From Promethearchaeota archaeon (GTDB lineage Archaea > Asgardarchaeota > Thorarchaeia > Thorarchaeales > Thorarchaeaceae): a stretch of DNA of 16,051 nucleotides. The notes beneath the pieces are model-generated. The model was not told where the DNA came from and did no database searches. It saw nothing but the letters and a program-made list of their open reading frames with translations. The position numbers and the translations under genes were made by a program. Of the stretch, positions 14,511 to 16,051 are shown in pieces (within the stretch, counting starts at the first letter, position 1; each line of letters begins with the position of its first letter). The stretch lies in assembly GCA_027031765.1 (NCBI GenBank), contig JALVPN010000069.1, positions 1 to 16,051 on the forward strand, read 5' to 3'.

Positions 14511-15284
14511 TCACTCCTCTCTGATGTCCGTGATCTCCGGGAACGGCGGTTCTCCTTTTATCCCTTTGAGGTACTCGTATGCGGCTGCAACGTCCTCGTC
14601 CTCACCCTCGACCAGGAGCGTCACGGAGCCCTCGGCACCGTTCACGCCGCCCGCTGCAATCGGGGTGGCAAGCACCGAGAACATGACGTCCAGCGCCTCG
14701 ATCTCGGTGAACACGAGTCCCTCGGGCACTGCGATTGCACCGACAGGGGTGCCGATGGCATAGTCCCAGCTGTCCATGCCGATCACGCTTGCGAACTCCC
14801 TGTACACTGTCGGGATGCACTTTTCCAGTCCCACCGGCATCACTATCTTGATGTTCCGTGCAGCAGCCGCACCCAGGAACGTGCCCACAGTGCCCCCGGT
14901 CCCGCTTGCGAGCAGCACTATCGGCGTGAAGTTCACGTCCAGGGCATTGGCGCTCTTGACAATGACATCCTGTGGCCCCATCTTGTCGAGGACGTCGATG
15001 ACCTTCTTCCCCTCGATGTACTCGCCCCTGTAGAAGATTGCATCTGTGGCACGGGTCTCCCGCTTGGTGACCGACAGCCCCCGCGGTATGGTCACGCCGG
15101 CGACATGGTGTGCCTTGTCATACTCGCCAAGGATTTCCTCCACAAGGTACGCTGTGGTGGTGCCCAGAGTAATGCACAGGTACCCGTTCTCAAGGGCGTT
15201 GCTGATGAGCTGCGTGTTGAGCAGGGCCCGTGCTATCAGCCGCTTGCTCTCTGATGGCGTGAGCGTGACAAGTAGTTGTGCCAT
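14511..15284 (-). CDS. Conserved hypothetical protein, ~257 aa (possibly NagB/RpiA/CoA-transferase-like fold)
   Basis: Looks like a conserved protein: LTPSESKRLIA, LGTTTAY, VKSANALD, GTGGTVG, PVGLEK. The fold suggestion is inference only. ATG at 15284 is preferred over 15371. Confidence 0.75.
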   Translation of the reverse strand: MAQLLVTLTPSESKRLIARALLNTQLISNALENGYLCITLGTTTAYLVEEILGEYDKAHHVAGVTIPRGLSVTKRETRATDAIFYRGEYIEGKKVIDVLDKMGPQDVIVKSANALDVNFTPIVLLASGTGGTVGTFLGAAAARNIKIVMPVGLEKCIPTVYREFASVIGMDSWDYAIGTPVGAIAVPEGLVFTEIEALDVMFSVLATPIAAGGVNGAEGSVTLLVEGEDEDVAAAYEYLKGIKGEPPFPEITDIREE

Positions 15285-15329
15285 GTAGACCCGACCTGCG
15301 ATGTGTTGTGACGGCGATGTCCACCGCAT

Positions 15330-15337
15330 GCTTAAAG
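15330..15337 (-). promoter_or_regulatory. TATA-like box (TTTAAG) upstream of the hypothetical/ABC operon
   Basis: CTTTAAGC on the minus strand, about 47 nt upstream of the ATG at 15284. Confidence 0.45.
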
Positions 15338-15502
15338 TTGTCGTATCGTGTGCCGCCACTGTGTCACGCATAGGGCTGGGTGTCTGTCCTGAGCGTCCTC
15401 AGTCACTGTATGCGGTTGTCCAGGGCCATCGGCATTGGTCAGGTGGCTGGCACTGTGTCCCCACCACACGCCTTTGTGCCTTACCTGCCCCGCCCTGCCG
15501 TG

Positions 15503-16051
15503 CTAACTGTCCGTACCACTCTCTCCCGCCGATGTGCTGCCGCTGGCTGCCCCCGTGGTGGTATCCACTATGAGTCTGGACACTTCCCTGACGCCATCCA
15601 GGTATGCCTCAGTGCTCATCCCGGCCCTGCGGGCATAGGGCCCGAGCTCCGGGTCATTGAGCACCACCTGCATCAGGTCGCCGCCCTCCGTGATGGTCCT
15701 GTTGATGAGGGCCCGCAGACGCTGGTGTGCCACCGGGCGCGGGAGCCCAGCCCGGGTGAGGGCCGTGACGATATACTCACTGATGGTCGTGCCGAGTGAG
15801 CGTTCGAGGTTCTCCCCGACCCTTGTCCCGTCAATCTCGAGGCCCACGAGCACCCGGTTGACCTCCCTCACGAGATAGTCGGTGAGTATGAAGGCCTGCG
15901 GTATGACGAACCTCTCTGTCGAGGAGTGAGAGATGTCGCGCTCCTCCCAGCTGACCACGTCCTCAAGGGCCGGTGCCACGAGGCTCCGCACCACCCGTGC
16001 GAGGCCGGATATCTTCTCGCATGTCACAGGGTTCCTCTTGTGTGGCATCGC
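15503..16051 (-). CDS. purB: Adenylosuccinate lyase, C-terminal part (5' end outside the window)
   Basis: Fumarase/ASL signature AMPHKRNP, followed by WEERDISHSSTERFVIP. The frame is open at the window edge. Confidence 0.92.
   Translation of the reverse strand, partial: AMPHKRNPVTCEKISGLARVVRSLVAPALEDVVSWEERDISHSSTERFVIPQAFILTDYLVREVNRVLVGLEIDGTRVGENLERSLGTTISEYIVTALTRAGLPRPVAHQRLRALINRTITEGGDLMQVVLNDPELGPYARRAGMSTEAYLDGVREVSRLIVDTTTGAASGSTSAGESGTDS

Noticed and set aside
1-16051. Search for cas1, cas2, cas4, cas6, transposase, integrase, tRNA or rRNA genes
   Set aside because: No supporting motifs seen; absence applies only to this window.

Overview
Archaeal-looking, GC-rich window (GGAGG/GGTGA-type ribosome sites, GTG starts, TATA-like boxes). 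Positions 2109-10516 (minus strand) hold a translationally coupled type III CRISPR effector operon most similar to subtype III-D. In transcription order: cas11/csm2-like, cas7 (Csm3), cas7-cas7 fusion, 106-aa orphan, cas10, cas7, csx10-like, cas7. Cas10 keeps the GGDD cyclase motif, but its HD nuclease ligands appear substituted. A TIGR02710-type CARF-HEPN effector gene (487-1995, +) converges on the operon. Two short, degenerate CRISPR-like arrays bracket the locus: 21-205 (may continue off the left edge) and 12332-12498 (leaderless, between two convergent genes). The right array is tied to a 17-bp duplication of the neighbouring phosphoribosyltransferase gene end. No cas1, cas2, cas4 or cas6 is visible in the window. 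A ~1.1-kb non-coding gap upstream of the operon contains a TATA-like box and a densely base-paired ~220-nt segment (11381-11599) that looks like an unannotated structured RNA. The right end carries an ABC-2 exporter pair, a conserved hypothetical protein and the 3' part of purB. All family calls are from motif recognition by eye; no database search or folding program was run.
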